Assembly: GCA_964519015.1 (NCBI GenBank)
Contig: CAZFHZ010000003.1
Location: 13,371-77,370, forward strand
DNA length: 64,000 bases
Source: an uncultured Gemmatimonadota bacterium
GTDB lineage: Bacteria; Blakebacterota; Blakebacteria; Blakebacterales; CAYUVJ01
Direction of reading: 5' to 3'
The notes under the pieces: model-generated
Seen by the model: only the letters and a program-made list of their open reading frames with translations
What the model was told of the DNA's origin: nothing
Database searches by the model: none
Translations under genes and position numbers: made by a program
Part shown: piece by piece, positions 29,177-39,034 of the stretch
Layout of the letters: every line of letters starts with the position of its first letter
How positions within the stretch are numbered: position 1 is the first letter of the stretch

Positions 29177-30009
29177 CCGCCCGCGGTGTCGCCGCCGGCC
29201 TGCGGCGGCCCGAGACGTTCCAGATCCCAGCTGCGCACTCGTTCCAGATCCCAGCTGCGCACTCGTTCCAGTCCCTCCTCGTGGGTCCAGTCGAGCCGCA
29301 GGGGGGCGACGCTGATGAAACCGTCTTCGATAGCCTGGAAATCGGAATCCGCCCCACCCTCCCAGGTCGGGTCCTGACCGCCGATCCAGTAGTAGGGGCG
29401 TCCCCGCGGATCGGTGTTGTGGAAGATCCCTTCGCGGAAGACCCGACGGCCGAGCCGGCACACCCGGATGCCGCGGGCCGACCCGGGCATACCGGCGGGC
29501 ACGTTCACATTGAGCAGGTAGCCCCCCATCCCCTCCTCGGCCAGCATCCGTTCCACCACGGTGACCGACACTTCGGCTGCCTGGCGGAAATCGAACGCCC
29601 CATCGGCGTCCGGGGCCAGGCTGATCGCCACCGAACGGGCGCCCAGCAGGGTGCCCTCCACGGCGGCGGCCACCGTCCCGGAGTAGATGACGTCGTCCCC
29701 CAGGTTGCTCCCCTGGTTGATCCCGCTCACCACCACATCCGGCCGGCGGGGGAGCAGCCCGTGCATGCTGAGCATCACACAGTCGGTGGGAGTGCCGTCG
29801 ACGGCGAATCGCCCCGCTCCCATCGGTACCATCCGCAACGGATGATGGAGCGTGAGGGCGTGACTGGCCGCCGACTGTTCCCGGTCGGGGGCGACCACGA
29901 CTGTCCCCCAGTGGGCGGAGAGCGCTTCCTCGAGGGCGAGCAGACCGGTGGCGTGGATGCCGTCGTCATTGGTGAGGAGGATGAGGATATCGGAGGCTGT
30001 GCGGCTCAC
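29173..30009 (-). CDS. surE: 5'/3'-nucleotidase SurE
   Basis: ILILLTNDDGI..., GINQGSN blocks. GTG start at 30007-30009 behind GGGGGAG. The ORF-track extension runs through the tRNA and is rejected. C-terminal tail contains the ERVRSWDL duplication. Confidence 0.8.
   Translation of the reverse strand: MSRTASDILILLTNDDGIHATGLLALEEALSAHWGTVVVAPDREQSAASHALTLHHPLRMVPMGAGRFAVDGTPTDCVMLSMHGLLPRRPDVVVSGINQGSNLGDDVIYSGTVAAAVEGTLLGARSVAISLAPDADGAFDFRQAAEVSVTVVERMLAEEGMGGYLLNVNVPAGMPGSARGIRVCRLGRRVFREGIFHNTDPRGRPYYWIGGQDPTWEGGADSDFQAIEDGFISVAPLRLDWTHEEGLERVRSWDLERVRSWDLERLGPPQAGGDTAGG
29217..29271. repeat. 24-bp tandem direct repeat (GTTCCAGATCCCAGCTGCGCACTC x 2.3) inside the surE 3' end
   Basis: Read directly from the sequence. 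Confidence 0.8.
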
Positions 30010-30107
30010 GGGACCTGTCTCCCCCGGTCGGGGGAATGGAAAAGGGCGCGATCCGCGGGGACCTGGAAGCCCACCGGGGACCCGCCCTGCAAGGATTGCA
30101 AGAATTG

Positions 30108-30212
<105 letters not shown>

Positions 30213-30224
30213 AATCCGCAAGTC

Positions 30225-30662
30225 CTAACGGCCCTTCAGGCCGGTGCCGGTGGCGCCCCGGGCACGCCGACCCCGCCCCCCCCCTTTCTCGACCGGCAGG
30301 ACGTCTCCCGGCAACTCGTCCACCATGCGGATGACATCCCGGATGTCCTCCCGGACACTCCGGAGCAGGTCGAGGATCCGGACCTCTTCGAACCCCAGTT
30401 CGAGCTGTTCGAGATAGGATTCCGAGGCCTGCAGGAGCTGGCGGCGCGCTCCTTCGATGGTGAAGCGGTCGTGATACAGGAGCTTCTTGATGAGGAAGAG
30501 GAGCTTGATGTCCTTCTCCCGGTAGGCGCGGTTCCCCCCCCGGTTCTTCATGGGCCGGAGCACCCCGAACTCCGTCTCCCAGTAACGGAGCACGTGAGGT
30601 TCCAGACCGGTGATCTCGGCCACCTCCGAGATGCTGTAGTAGACCTTGCCGACCTTGGTCAC
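30225..30662 (-). CDS. MerR-family transcriptional regulator
   Basis: YSISEVAEITGLEPHVLRYWETEFGVLRPMKNRGGNRAYREKDI is the MerR HTH. Confidence 0.75.
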   Translation of the reverse strand: MTKVGKVYYSISEVAEITGLEPHVLRYWETEFGVLRPMKNRGGNRAYREKDIKLLFLIKKLLYHDRFTIEGARRQLLQASESYLEQLELGFEEVRILDLLRSVREDIRDVIRMVDELPGDVLPVEKGGGRGRRARGATGTGLKGR

Positions 30663-30665
30663 GCC

Positions 30666-31679
30666 CTACCCCCTGTGGTGCTCCAGCTCGGGCTTCAGGT
30701 CACGGGTCATGAGTTCCCGGACCGCCTCGGCGGCGCTCTTGGCTTCGAACAGGACCTGGTACATCGCCTCCGTGATGGGCATTTCGATCCCGTGTTTCTG
30801 AGCCAGTTCGCGGGCGCTCTGGACCGTGTTCACCCCCTCGGCCACCATGACCATCCCCGCCAGGGTCTGTTCGAGGGTCTTCCCCCGGCCGATCTGCTCC
30901 CCCACATGGCGGTTGCGCGAATGCCGGCTGATGCAGGTCGTGATGAGGTCCCCCATGCCCGAGAGCCCGGCGAAACTGCGGGGATCCGCACCCAGGTGAA
31001 CGCCCAGTCGCGCGATCTCGGCCAGTCCCCGGGTGAGCAGGGCCCCCTTGGTGTTGTCCCCGAAGCCGAGACCGTCGAGCACACCGGAAGCGACCGCGAT
31101 GACGTTCTTGAGCGAGCCGGCCAGTTCCACCCCGACCTGGTCGGGATTGGTGTAGACCCGGAAGGTCTCGGTGGCGAAGGCCTGCTGCACCACCTCGGCC
31201 GCCGTCCGGTCGGGGCTGGCGGCCACCACCGCGGTGGGGATCCGGCGGCTGACCTCCTCGGCATGGCTCGGCCCGGAGAGGGTGACGGTATGCCCCCGGA
31301 AGCGATCGGGGAGTTCCTGTTCCAGGATCTGGCTGACCCGCAGGCCGCTCCCCCGCTCGATCCCCTTGGCGGCGTTGACCACCACCGGGGTGCCGTGCAG
31401 ATGCGGGGCGGCACTGCGGGCGGTGGCACGCACATGCACGGTGGGGACCACGAAGAGCACCAGTTCCGGGTCGGCCAGGGCGGCGGCCATATCGTTGGTG
31501 ATGGCGATCGATTCCGGGATCGGGATCCCGGGGAGCATCGGCACGTTCTCACGCCTGGTCAGGAGCTGTGCGACCGCTTCCGGGAAGTACTCCCACAGGC
31601 TCACGGCATGGTCTCGCCCGTCGAGGAGTACCGCCAGAGCGGTACCCCAGGAACCTCCTCCCAGCACCGTGATCCTCAT
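30666..31679 (-). CDS. gpsA: NAD(P)H-dependent glycerol-3-phosphate dehydrogenase
   Basis: ITVLGGGSWGTALA Rossmann motif, ...TNPDQVGVELAGSLKNVIA block. Confidence 0.9.
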   Translation of the reverse strand: MRITVLGGGSWGTALAVLLDGRDHAVSLWEYFPEAVAQLLTRRENVPMLPGIPIPESIAITNDMAAALADPELVLFVVPTVHVRATARSAAPHLHGTPVVVNAAKGIERGSGLRVSQILEQELPDRFRGHTVTLSGPSHAEEVSRRIPTAVVAASPDRTAAEVVQQAFATETFRVYTNPDQVGVELAGSLKNVIAVASGVLDGLGFGDNTKGALLTRGLAEIARLGVHLGADPRSFAGLSGMGDLITTCISRHSRNRHVGEQIGRGKTLEQTLAGMVMVAEGVNTVQSARELAQKHGIEMPITEAMYQVLFEAKSAAEAVRELMTRDLKPELEHHRG

Positions 31680-32368
31680 CGCTCCCCCTCCATCCCGGCG
31701 CCCTTGTCCCCTCCCCCGTCCCCCGCCCGTTCCAGACTCCCGCCCCGGCCCAACCGGGGTTCCACCCCCTTAAGCAGCCGCCCGATGTTGGTGCGGTGGG
31801 TGTAGAAGATGAAGAGGGCGATGACCGAGGTGAAGAGCACCAGCTCGATCGAAGTGCTCCCATCGGGCCGGGTCTGCCAGAGCCAGCTCACCAGTGGGAG
31901 GGTCAGAGCGGCGGCCAGACTCGCCACGCTCATGATCCGGACCGTCAGCAGAAGCACGATCCAGACCATCAGGGCGATGGCCACCGCTTTGGGCGCCACC
32001 GCGGCCAGCGCTCCGATCGTGGTGCCGACCCCCTTCCCTCCGTGGAAGCCGGCGAAGACCGTCCAGACGTGCCCTACCACCGCAGCCCCCCCGGCCAGCA
32101 GCTGGAGCAGCAGGGGGGAGAGGGGCGCCGGCGGTCCGAGTCCGATCCGGGTAGCCAGCAGGACGGCTCCCAGCCCCTTGCCCACGTCCACCAGGACGAC
32201 GATCACCGCGGGGCCGAGTCCGAGGACCCGGTAGACGTTGGTCGCCCCGGCGTTCCCCGACCCGTGACGGCGGATGTCGATCCCCGCCTTGAGGCGTCCC
32301 ACGATGATCGCGGTCGGGATGGATCCGAGCAGATAAGAGAGCAGCAGTACGGCCAGCAGCGTTGTCAC
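31676..32368 (-). CDS. plsY: Glycerol-3-phosphate acyltransferase PlsY
   Basis: GSGNAGATN..., FKGGKGV-like HGGKGVGT motifs. Membrane protein. Confidence 0.85.
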   Translation of the reverse strand: MTTLLAVLLLSYLLGSIPTAIIVGRLKAGIDIRRHGSGNAGATNVYRVLGLGPAVIVVLVDVGKGLGAVLLATRIGLGPPAPLSPLLLQLLAGGAAVVGHVWTVFAGFHGGKGVGTTIGALAAVAPKAVAIALMVWIVLLLTVRIMSVASLAAALTLPLVSWLWQTRPDGSTSIELVLFTSVIALFIFYTHRTNIGRLLKGVEPRLGRGGSLERAGDGGGDKGAGMEGER

Positions 32369-32438
32369 AATCGCAGGCCTCGCGACAGGGAGGAACGATC
32401 GATCGGCGGCCGGATGTTAGGTCCGTGGACCCGGGCTG

Positions 32439-33866
32439 TCAAGACCGCCCGCGGAAACGCAAACGAAGGGGGGTCCCCTTGAAGCTAAACTGTTCTCGGA
32501 TACGACGTTCGAGGAACCGCTTGAAGTTCGGCTTGACCTTCTCCGGAGCGTTCACAAAGAAGAGGAAGGTCGGGGGTTCGATACCGGCCTGGACCCCATA
32601 GTAGATCCGGGCCTCGCCGAGCGCCGGCGTGATCGCCTCCTGCCCGTGGACCACACCATCCATGAAGGTGTTGAAGACGGAGGTGGTGACCCGGCGACGT
32701 CGTGCCTGGCCGGCCGCCACCGCCAGCTCGAGTGCCCGCACCACCCGCTGGCGGTTGGTCGCCGAGATGAAGACCACCGGGATGTAGGGAGCGAAGGGGA
32801 TCTGGCGACGCAGCTCCTTCTCGTACGCCTCGGCGGTGCCGGTCTCCTTCTCGATCAGGTCCCACTTGTTGACGGTGACGACCGCCCCCTTCCCCCGCGC
32901 CAGGATCCGTTCCAGTATGCGTATGTCCTGGTCGCTGATACCGGACACCGCGTCGGTCAGCAGGAGCGCCACATCGCAGCGGTCGAGACTCTGGAGGGCC
33001 CGCAGGGCGCTGTAGTACTCCACGCTTTCCTTCACCCGGGTGCGCCGGCGCAGACCGGCCGTATCGATCAGTACCAGCGGCCGCCCCGCCAGATCGACCT
33101 CGATGTCGGAGGAATCCCGGGTGGTGCCCGACTCCGGGCTGGTGATCACCCGCTCCCGCCCGACCACCGCGTTCACGAAGGAGGATTTCCCGACGTTGGG
33201 TCGCCCGAGCACGGCGATCAGCAGCGGCGGTCCTTCGGCCTCCCCGGGACTCGCTTCCGCATGACCGGCGGTCCGAACCCGGGCCGCGCGGCGAGCGGTC
33301 TCGTCGAGCGCCGCCCGGGCCACCTGTTCCTGGAGGGCGAGGGCCTCACCCGCCTCCCGATCCGGAGCGGGGAGCGCTTCCATCAGGGCATCGAGCAGGT
33401 CTCCGCTGCCGCGTCCCGACATGGCCGAGACCGCCAGGGGCATGCCCAGGCCGAGGGCGTGGAACTCGTGGATGTCCAGGACCTGGCCGGCGTCATCCAC
33501 CTTGTTCACGGCCAGCACCACCGGACGGTGGGATCGGCGCAGGAGGTGGGCGACCGCCTGGTCGAGGGTGGTCAGTCCGGCCGTCACCTCGACCACGAAG
33601 AGCACGACGGCGGCTTCCTCGACCGCCACCATGGCCTGTGCCCGGACCGCGCTCTCCATCGGGTCTTCCGAGCCGGGGACCAGCCCGCCCGTGTCGACCA
33701 GCCGGAACCGGACCCCCGACCACTCGGTGTGGGCGTAGACGCGGTCGCGGGTCACGCCGGGCATATCGTCGACCACCGCCTGACGCCGTCGGACGAGGCG
33801 GTTGAAGAGAGTCGACTTGCCGACGTTGGGCCGGCCGACGATGGCGATCAGGGGGGGGAGAGTCAT
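32439..33866 (-). CDS. der: Ribosome-biogenesis GTPase Der (EngA), two GTPase domains
   Basis: Two GRPNVGKS P-loops, DTGG/DTAG and NKxD motifs. Confidence 0.9.
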   Translation of the reverse strand: MTLPPLIAIVGRPNVGKSTLFNRLVRRRQAVVDDMPGVTRDRVYAHTEWSGVRFRLVDTGGLVPGSEDPMESAVRAQAMVAVEEAAVVLFVVEVTAGLTTLDQAVAHLLRRSHRPVVLAVNKVDDAGQVLDIHEFHALGLGMPLAVSAMSGRGSGDLLDALMEALPAPDREAGEALALQEQVARAALDETARRAARVRTAGHAEASPGEAEGPPLLIAVLGRPNVGKSSFVNAVVGRERVITSPESGTTRDSSDIEVDLAGRPLVLIDTAGLRRRTRVKESVEYYSALRALQSLDRCDVALLLTDAVSGISDQDIRILERILARGKGAVVTVNKWDLIEKETGTAEAYEKELRRQIPFAPYIPVVFISATNRQRVVRALELAVAAGQARRRRVTTSVFNTFMDGVVHGQEAITPALGEARIYYGVQAGIEPPTFLFFVNAPEKVKPNFKRFLERRIREQFSFKGTPLRLRFRGRS

Positions 33867-35197
33867 GACGGAGTCGAAGTCGCCCGGGCAGCCGCGATCA
33901 GGTCGGCGGCCAGGTCGTAGCTTCCCCGGCGGGTCGGACAGGGGCGGGCGGCGGCGAAGGCCTCCAGGGTAACATCGTCCAGGAAGAGCCCCTCCTCGTT
34001 GGTACAGTTACCGGGCAGGAGCAGCAGGTCGACCCCGGTCAGGTCGATGCCTTCCAGCGCCTGCTCGAGGCAGCGACTGGTCAACAGACCGGCCGTGGTG
34101 ATGGCCGGACCGAAGAAGGTGTTGGTCACCGTGAGCAGGCGCAGTTCCAGGCCGGGTAATCCCTCCAGATCGGAGAGCAGGTGCCGGCGGAAGAGCTCGG
34201 CCCCCATCACCCCGGTCGCGGACACCACGCGCAACGGCCGGCGGCTGGCCGCCGCCCGCCGGGCGAGTGCCCGCTGGAGTTCCCCCTGCCCCCGGGCAAA
34301 ATCGGTCACGAAGGAGGCCGCCATACCCACCCCGTTCTCCAACTGGTCTAGCTCCTCGTACCAGTCCAGCCCGGGCAGAGGGAGGCCGGAAGCGAGGAAG
34401 AACTCGTCGGCCGGGAAGACCAGGCCGGTCCCCAGTCGTTGCTGGAAGCGGGCGCGCCAGCGCTCGCAGGCCGCTACCACCCCGCGCATCTCCTCACCGG
34501 TGAGCCCGCGCAGATGGGTCAGCCCCCGGCGATGGGCGGTCAGTCCGACCGGCACCAGGGCCACCGTGCGCACCCCGGGATGTCGCCCGGCCAGGTCGTG
34601 GACCGTCTTCTCCAGCTGGTCACCATCGTTCCAGCCGGGGACCACCACCACCTGGGTATGGACCTGGATACCGGCATCGAGCAACCGCTGCAGCCGTTCC
34701 AGGATCTCCCCGGAGTGTCGGCCGCGCAGCATCCGGCGGCGCAGTTCGGGGTCGGTGGCGTGCACCGACACGTACATCGGGCTCAACCGTTGTTCCATGA
34801 TCCGACGGAAGTCGTTCTCGCTCAGGTTGTCGAGGGTGATGTAGTTGCCGTGCAGGAAGGAGAGGCGGAAGTCCTCGTCCTGCACCATCAGCGAGGCCCG
34901 CACGCCGTCGGGGTTCTGGTGGACGAAACAGAAGACACAGTCATCACCACACCAGCGGGTCTCCAGGGGGTCGAAATCGAGTCCCAGATCCTCCCGGTAG
35001 CCCTTGGTCAGCCGGTGCTCGGTGATCTCTTCCGCCCGCTGCACGCGCACCACCGGATCCTCCTCCGCCCCGTGGAAGAGCAGGTCGAGGTGGTCGCGCA
35101 CCGGTTGGTTGTTGATGGCCAGCAGACGATCCCCGGCCTGGATCCCGGCCCGGTCGGCCGGGCTCTCCGGCCGGATCCCCCGAACGGTCAGGCTCAT
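33863..35197 (-). CDS. PDZ domain plus radical-SAM-like (CxxxCxxC) protein, DUF512 family
   Basis: N-terminal PDZ (GIQAGDRLLAINNQPV), then CGDDCVFC cluster motif. Confidence 0.55.
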   Translation of the reverse strand: MSLTVRGIRPESPADRAGIQAGDRLLAINNQPVRDHLDLLFHGAEEDPVVRVQRAEEITEHRLTKGYREDLGLDFDPLETRWCGDDCVFCFVHQNPDGVRASLMVQDEDFRLSFLHGNYITLDNLSENDFRRIMEQRLSPMYVSVHATDPELRRRMLRGRHSGEILERLQRLLDAGIQVHTQVVVVPGWNDGDQLEKTVHDLAGRHPGVRTVALVPVGLTAHRRGLTHLRGLTGEEMRGVVAACERWRARFQQRLGTGLVFPADEFFLASGLPLPGLDWYEELDQLENGVGMAASFVTDFARGQGELQRALARRAAASRRPLRVVSATGVMGAELFRRHLLSDLEGLPGLELRLLTVTNTFFGPAITTAGLLTSRCLEQALEGIDLTGVDLLLLPGNCTNEEGLFLDDVTLEAFAAARPCPTRRGSYDLAADLIAAARATSTPS

Positions 35198-35278
35198 GGG
35201 ACGGCCTCTTCGATCCCCGGCACCGCCGGGACGGGAACGGCCAAGGGGCGCCGGGCACCCTTTGGCCGTCGGGTGGGA

Positions 35279-35354
35279 TGGAGCGGGCGACCGGGCTCGA
35301 ACCGGCGACCTGCAGCTTGGGAAGCTGCTACTCTACCAACTGAGTTACGCCCGC
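35279..35354 (-). tRNA. tRNA-Gly (anticodon CCC)
   Basis: Acceptor GCGGGCG/CGCCCGC, anticodon loop UUCCCAA, T-loop TTCGAGC. Confidence 0.85.
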
Positions 35355-35446
35355 TTCAGAGCGTCTCAAAATATGCGGGGGCGCCCCGGACGGTGTCAAC
35401 CCCCGCTACGGGCGGAAAGGGGCGGCCCGGCGACGTGATCCGATCC

Positions 35447-35590
35447 GGGGGGGGGGGGGGGGGGCAAAAAAAAACCCCCGGGGGGGGGGGTAAAACCAGG
35501 TTGGGGGGGGGGACCCCCGCCCCCCCCCCCCCCCCGCGGGGGCCCCGGCCCCGCCCGCCGCCGCGCCCCCCGGCGGGGGGGGGGCGGCCG
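35447..35590. repeat. Anomalous homopolymer tract: G18, A9, C5, G11, G10, C16, G10 runs within about 145 bp
   Basis: Read directly. Natural bacterial genomes almost never carry such runs. Pattern is typical of poly-G read artifacts or a collapsed assembly junction. Confidence 0.8.
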
Positions 35591-35592
35591 CC

Positions 35593-35628
35593 TTGACACT
35601 CCCCCGGGGGGGTCGGATACTCCCTGGT
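35593..35628 (+). promoter_or_regulatory. Candidate sigma70 promoter TTGACA-17-GATACT for the gene at 35680
   Basis: Consensus-like hexamers with a 17-nt spacer. GGGGAG RBS before the ATG. Confidence 0.35.
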
Positions 35629-35679
35629 GAGGGGGAGCTCCACCGGCCCCCTGACCCACCCCCGCCGGGGAGCCTGAGC

Positions 35680-36234
35680 ATGGACCGGAATCTGCGCCTG
35701 AGCGGCTCATCGCTCCTGCTGCTGGGCGTACTGCTGGTGGCTCCCGCCCCGGTCCGGGCCCAGCGGGACGTCCGAGAGATCTCCCGTGATCATTCCACGA
35801 CCATGAACGCGGGCGATCTCAACATCACCTTCATCTACCTCCACCGGGACAGCACCGAAGTAGCCCAGCTCGTGCTCACCACCGAGGAGTATCAGCGCTA
35901 CGACCGGGAGCGCCGGCTCCTCCCCAAGAAGGGTTCCCTGCTGGCGGTTCGGATCAGGGCCTACCGCGACACCCGCTTCGACCCCACCCAGATCGTGCTC
36001 ACCCAGCGGGAGGCCACCCAGATGGTGGGCTTCCAGGACGTGGTGGACGTGCAGGGGATGTTCACCAGCACGATCCGCCGGGGAGACACCGCTTCCGGTT
36101 TCATCAAGGTGAAGGAGCAGATCGACTTCCGCCGCTCCGTCACGCTGCGCTACGAGATGACGCGGAACGAGTTCCTGCTGCCGCTCAAATGGCGGCAGAA
36201 GTACTTCCAGTTCCTCGACGCACCGGGGCGCTGA
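35680..36234 (+). CDS. Secreted hypothetical protein (signal peptide)
   Basis: MDRNLRLSGSSLLLLGVLLVAPAPVRAQ signal. No family recognised. Confidence 0.5.
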   Translation: MDRNLRLSGSSLLLLGVLLVAPAPVRAQRDVREISRDHSTTMNAGDLNITFIYLHRDSTEVAQLVLTTEEYQRYDRERRLLPKKGSLLAVRIRAYRDTRFDPTQIVLTQREATQMVGFQDVVDVQGMFTSTIRRGDTASGFIKVKEQIDFRRSVTLRYEMTRNEFLLPLKWRQKYFQFLDAPGR

Positions 36235-36259
36235 ACCGCCGACCCACCCCCCACCCCGC

Positions 36260-37225
36260 TCAGGAGTCCAGGAAACGCTCCCAGGCCCGCAGCACGGCCG
36301 CCGCGGTTTCGGTCGGTCCGTCCCCCGCTCGCAGCTTCAGCCGGACCACGTCCGGCAGGGGACGGAACCAGGTGAGCTGACGCTTGGCGAAGTTGCGGTG
36401 CTCCCGGCGGATCTCACGCCGGGCCTCATCGAGCGTGATCTCCCCGGCCAGCACGTCGAAGAGCCGGGCGTAGCCCAGTCCGGTCAAGCCCGGGACCCCA
36501 GGGGACACCCCCGCCTGCCTCAAGACCCGGGCCTCCTCCAGCCAGCCGGCTTCCAGCAGGCCGTCCACCCGCTCCTCGATCCGCCGGTAGAGGTCGCCCC
36601 GCTCGCGCTCGAGCACGATCCGGCACCAGCGGGCTTCGATCGGAGCGGGGGAGGTGCCTCCGGCCTGCAGGGAGGAGAGGGGGATCCCGTGTACTTCCAG
36701 CACCTCCAGGCCCCGCAGGATGCGCTGCGTGTCGGTGGCGGGGACCGACCCGGCCCAATCGGGGTCACGCGCGGCCAGCTCGGCCCGCAGGGCGGCGATA
36801 CCTTCCTCCCGCAGCCGCTGCTGCAGTCCGGCGCGCACCCGGCGGCGCCGCCGGGGGTCGCTCGCCGGTTCAAGGAAGAGCCCTTCGGTGAGCGCCTTGA
36901 GGTAGAGCCCGCTCCCTCCCACCACCATCGGCTGCCGTCCTCGCCCCCGGATGGCCTCGATCAACGCTCCCGCCCGGAAGGCGAAGGCACCGGCCGACCA
37001 GGGCTCCTCCACCTCGAGTACTCCGACCAGATGATGGGGGATCCTGGCCAGGAGGGCCGGCGGGGGGGCGGCGGTGCCGATGGCCAGGCCCCGATAGACC
37101 TGCCGCGAGTCGGCCGAGACGATCTCGCCGTCCAGGCGCTCGGCCACGAGCACGGCCGCCTCACTCTTGCCGACCCCGGTGGGGCCGGTGATCAGGAGTA
37201 CCGCGGGGGGAGCGTGGCCGGCCAC
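36260..37225 (-). CDS. miaA: tRNA dimethylallyltransferase
   Basis: ITGPTGVGKS P-loop, ...SADSRQVYRGL..., mutL-miaA synteny. Confidence 0.9.
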   Translation of the reverse strand: MAGHAPPAVLLITGPTGVGKSEAAVLVAERLDGEIVSADSRQVYRGLAIGTAAPPPALLARIPHHLVGVLEVEEPWSAGAFAFRAGALIEAIRGRGRQPMVVGGSGLYLKALTEGLFLEPASDPRRRRRVRAGLQQRLREEGIAALRAELAARDPDWAGSVPATDTQRILRGLEVLEVHGIPLSSLQAGGTSPAPIEARWCRIVLERERGDLYRRIEERVDGLLEAGWLEEARVLRQAGVSPGVPGLTGLGYARLFDVLAGEITLDEARREIRREHRNFAKRQLTWFRPLPDVVRLKLRAGDGPTETAAAVLRAWERFLDS

Positions 37226-37233
37226 GGACGGCC

Positions 37234-39033
37234 TCAGCGCCCGAAACGCCGGTCGAGTTCGTCGAGGGTCAGCACGAAGTGGGTGGGCCGCCCGTGGGGA
37301 CAGACCTGCGGCCGTTCGCAGGCGAAGAGCCGGTCCACCAGGGCGCGCCGTTCGTCCGGGTCGAGCCGGTCCCCGAAACGGACCGCGGCGTGGCAGGCCA
37401 GGCTGGCGGCGATCTTCTCCTGGACCCCGCTTCCCTGCGAACCACGTTCGAGCAGATCGTCGAGCAGGGCCAGCAGGACCTCCTCCTCGCGCCCGGCCCG
37501 CTCCACCTCAGGGGGGACCGCTTCGATGGAGAGGGTGTTGCCGCCGAAGGGACGCACCGTGAAGCCCACCCGCTCCAGCAGCGGCCCCAGCTCATCCACC
37601 AGGGCGTACTGCTCCCCGCTCACGTCGAGCACGTGGGGGAAGAGGAGTTGCTGGCAGGATGCGGGAGTGCCGGTCAACCGGGCCAGCACCTCCTCGAACA
37701 GGATCCGCTCGTGCGCCGCATGCTGGTCGAGCACCAGCAGCCCCCCTTTGATCGGGGCGAGCAGATAGCGGCCGTGCACCTGCCAGATGACCGGCTCCAG
37801 GGGCACTTCGGCGCCCTCCCCGGCGACCGCGCCTCCCGGAGATGAGCCCTCCTCCCCCTCGGTCCCGAGGTAGGGGGCGAAGAGTTCCAGTGCGGCCTGC
37901 CGGGCCTGCTCCCCATCCTTCCCGAAGAGCGGGTCGTACCGCCAGGGATGGCCCTCGAGGACGCCGCTTCCTGCTCCCGGTCCGCCTCTTCCCTCCGGCC
38001 GGCGGTAGTCCCCGGCCGGAGCCAGCCGCAGCGGACGGGCGCCCAGTTCCCGGCTGAGGGCATCCCGCACCGAACCCAGGAGGAAGTCCCGCACGCCCGA
38101 CTCGTCGCTGAAACGGACCTCCCGCTTGGCCGGATGAACGTTCACATCCACCTGTCCGGCCCCCAGCTCCAGGAAGAGACAGGCGAAGGGATAGTGGCCG
38201 GCGGGGAGCAACTCGCCGTAGCCGGTATAGAGCGCGTAGGAGAGACCGCGGTGGGCGATCGGACGCCCGTGTACGAAGAGATGGACCCCCTGCGAGGTGC
38301 GCCGGGCCGCCGTTGGGGCCCCCAGCAGGCCGTGCAGACGCCGGCCGCCCGAGGCGGCCGCCAGGGTGACCGCACCTTCCAGGGTGCGCCGGCCGAAGAG
38401 GGCCTGCGCGCGTTCCTTCAGCCCCTGCCCCGGCGGCAGGTCGAAGACCTCCCGCCCCTCGTGCTCCAGCCGGAAGCCGGTCTCCAGGCAGGCCAGCGCA
38501 GACTCGGAGACACTGCCGAGGACGTGACGGTATTCGGTCTGCGGGGCGCGCAGGAACTTGCGACGGGCGGGCACGTTGGCGAAGAGGTGCTCGACGCGGA
38601 CCGTGGTCCCCCGCACCCGGGCCAGCGGCTCCTCCCCCCGGGGGAGCCCCCCCTCCACGATGAGCCGCACGCCCGGGCCCTCCCCCTCCCCCGTCTCCAG
38701 GACCAGGCGGCTGACGGCGGCGATACTGGGCAGGGCCTCCCCTCGGAAACCGAAGGTGTCCAGGGTCTCCAGGTCGCTCTCGCTGGCGATCTTGCTGGTG
38801 GCGTGGCGACGGAGGGCCAGGCGGGCTTCTTCGGGGCTCATCCCGCTGCCGTCGTCGGTCACCTCGATCCGGTCGCGACCCCCCGCGGCCAGCCGGACCT
38901 CCACCCGGTGCGCGCCGGCATCCAGGGCGTTCTCGATCAGTTCCTTCACCACCGAGGAGGGCCGCTCGACCACCTCGCCGGCGGCGATCTTATCCACGAC
39001 CGGGTCGGGGAGGATGTGGATCCGCACGTTCAT
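37234..39033 (-). CDS. mutL: DNA mismatch repair protein MutL
   Basis: IAAGEVVERPSSVVKELIENALDAGA GHKL ATPase N-terminus. C-terminal dimerisation domain. Confidence 0.9.
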   Translation of the reverse strand: MNVRIHILPDPVVDKIAAGEVVERPSSVVKELIENALDAGAHRVEVRLAAGGRDRIEVTDDGSGMSPEEARLALRRHATSKIASESDLETLDTFGFRGEALPSIAAVSRLVLETGEGEGPGVRLIVEGGLPRGEEPLARVRGTTVRVEHLFANVPARRKFLRAPQTEYRHVLGSVSESALACLETGFRLEHEGREVFDLPPGQGLKERAQALFGRRTLEGAVTLAAASGGRRLHGLLGAPTAARRTSQGVHLFVHGRPIAHRGLSYALYTGYGELLPAGHYPFACLFLELGAGQVDVNVHPAKREVRFSDESGVRDFLLGSVRDALSRELGARPLRLAPAGDYRRPEGRGGPGAGSGVLEGHPWRYDPLFGKDGEQARQAALELFAPYLGTEGEEGSSPGGAVAGEGAEVPLEPVIWQVHGRYLLAPIKGGLLVLDQHAAHERILFEEVLARLTGTPASCQQLLFPHVLDVSGEQYALVDELGPLLERVGFTVRPFGGNTLSIEAVPPEVERAGREEEVLLALLDDLLERGSQGSGVQEKIAASLACHAAVRFGDRLDPDERRALVDRLFACERPQVCPHGRPTHFVLTLDELDRRFGR

Positions 39034-39034
39034 C

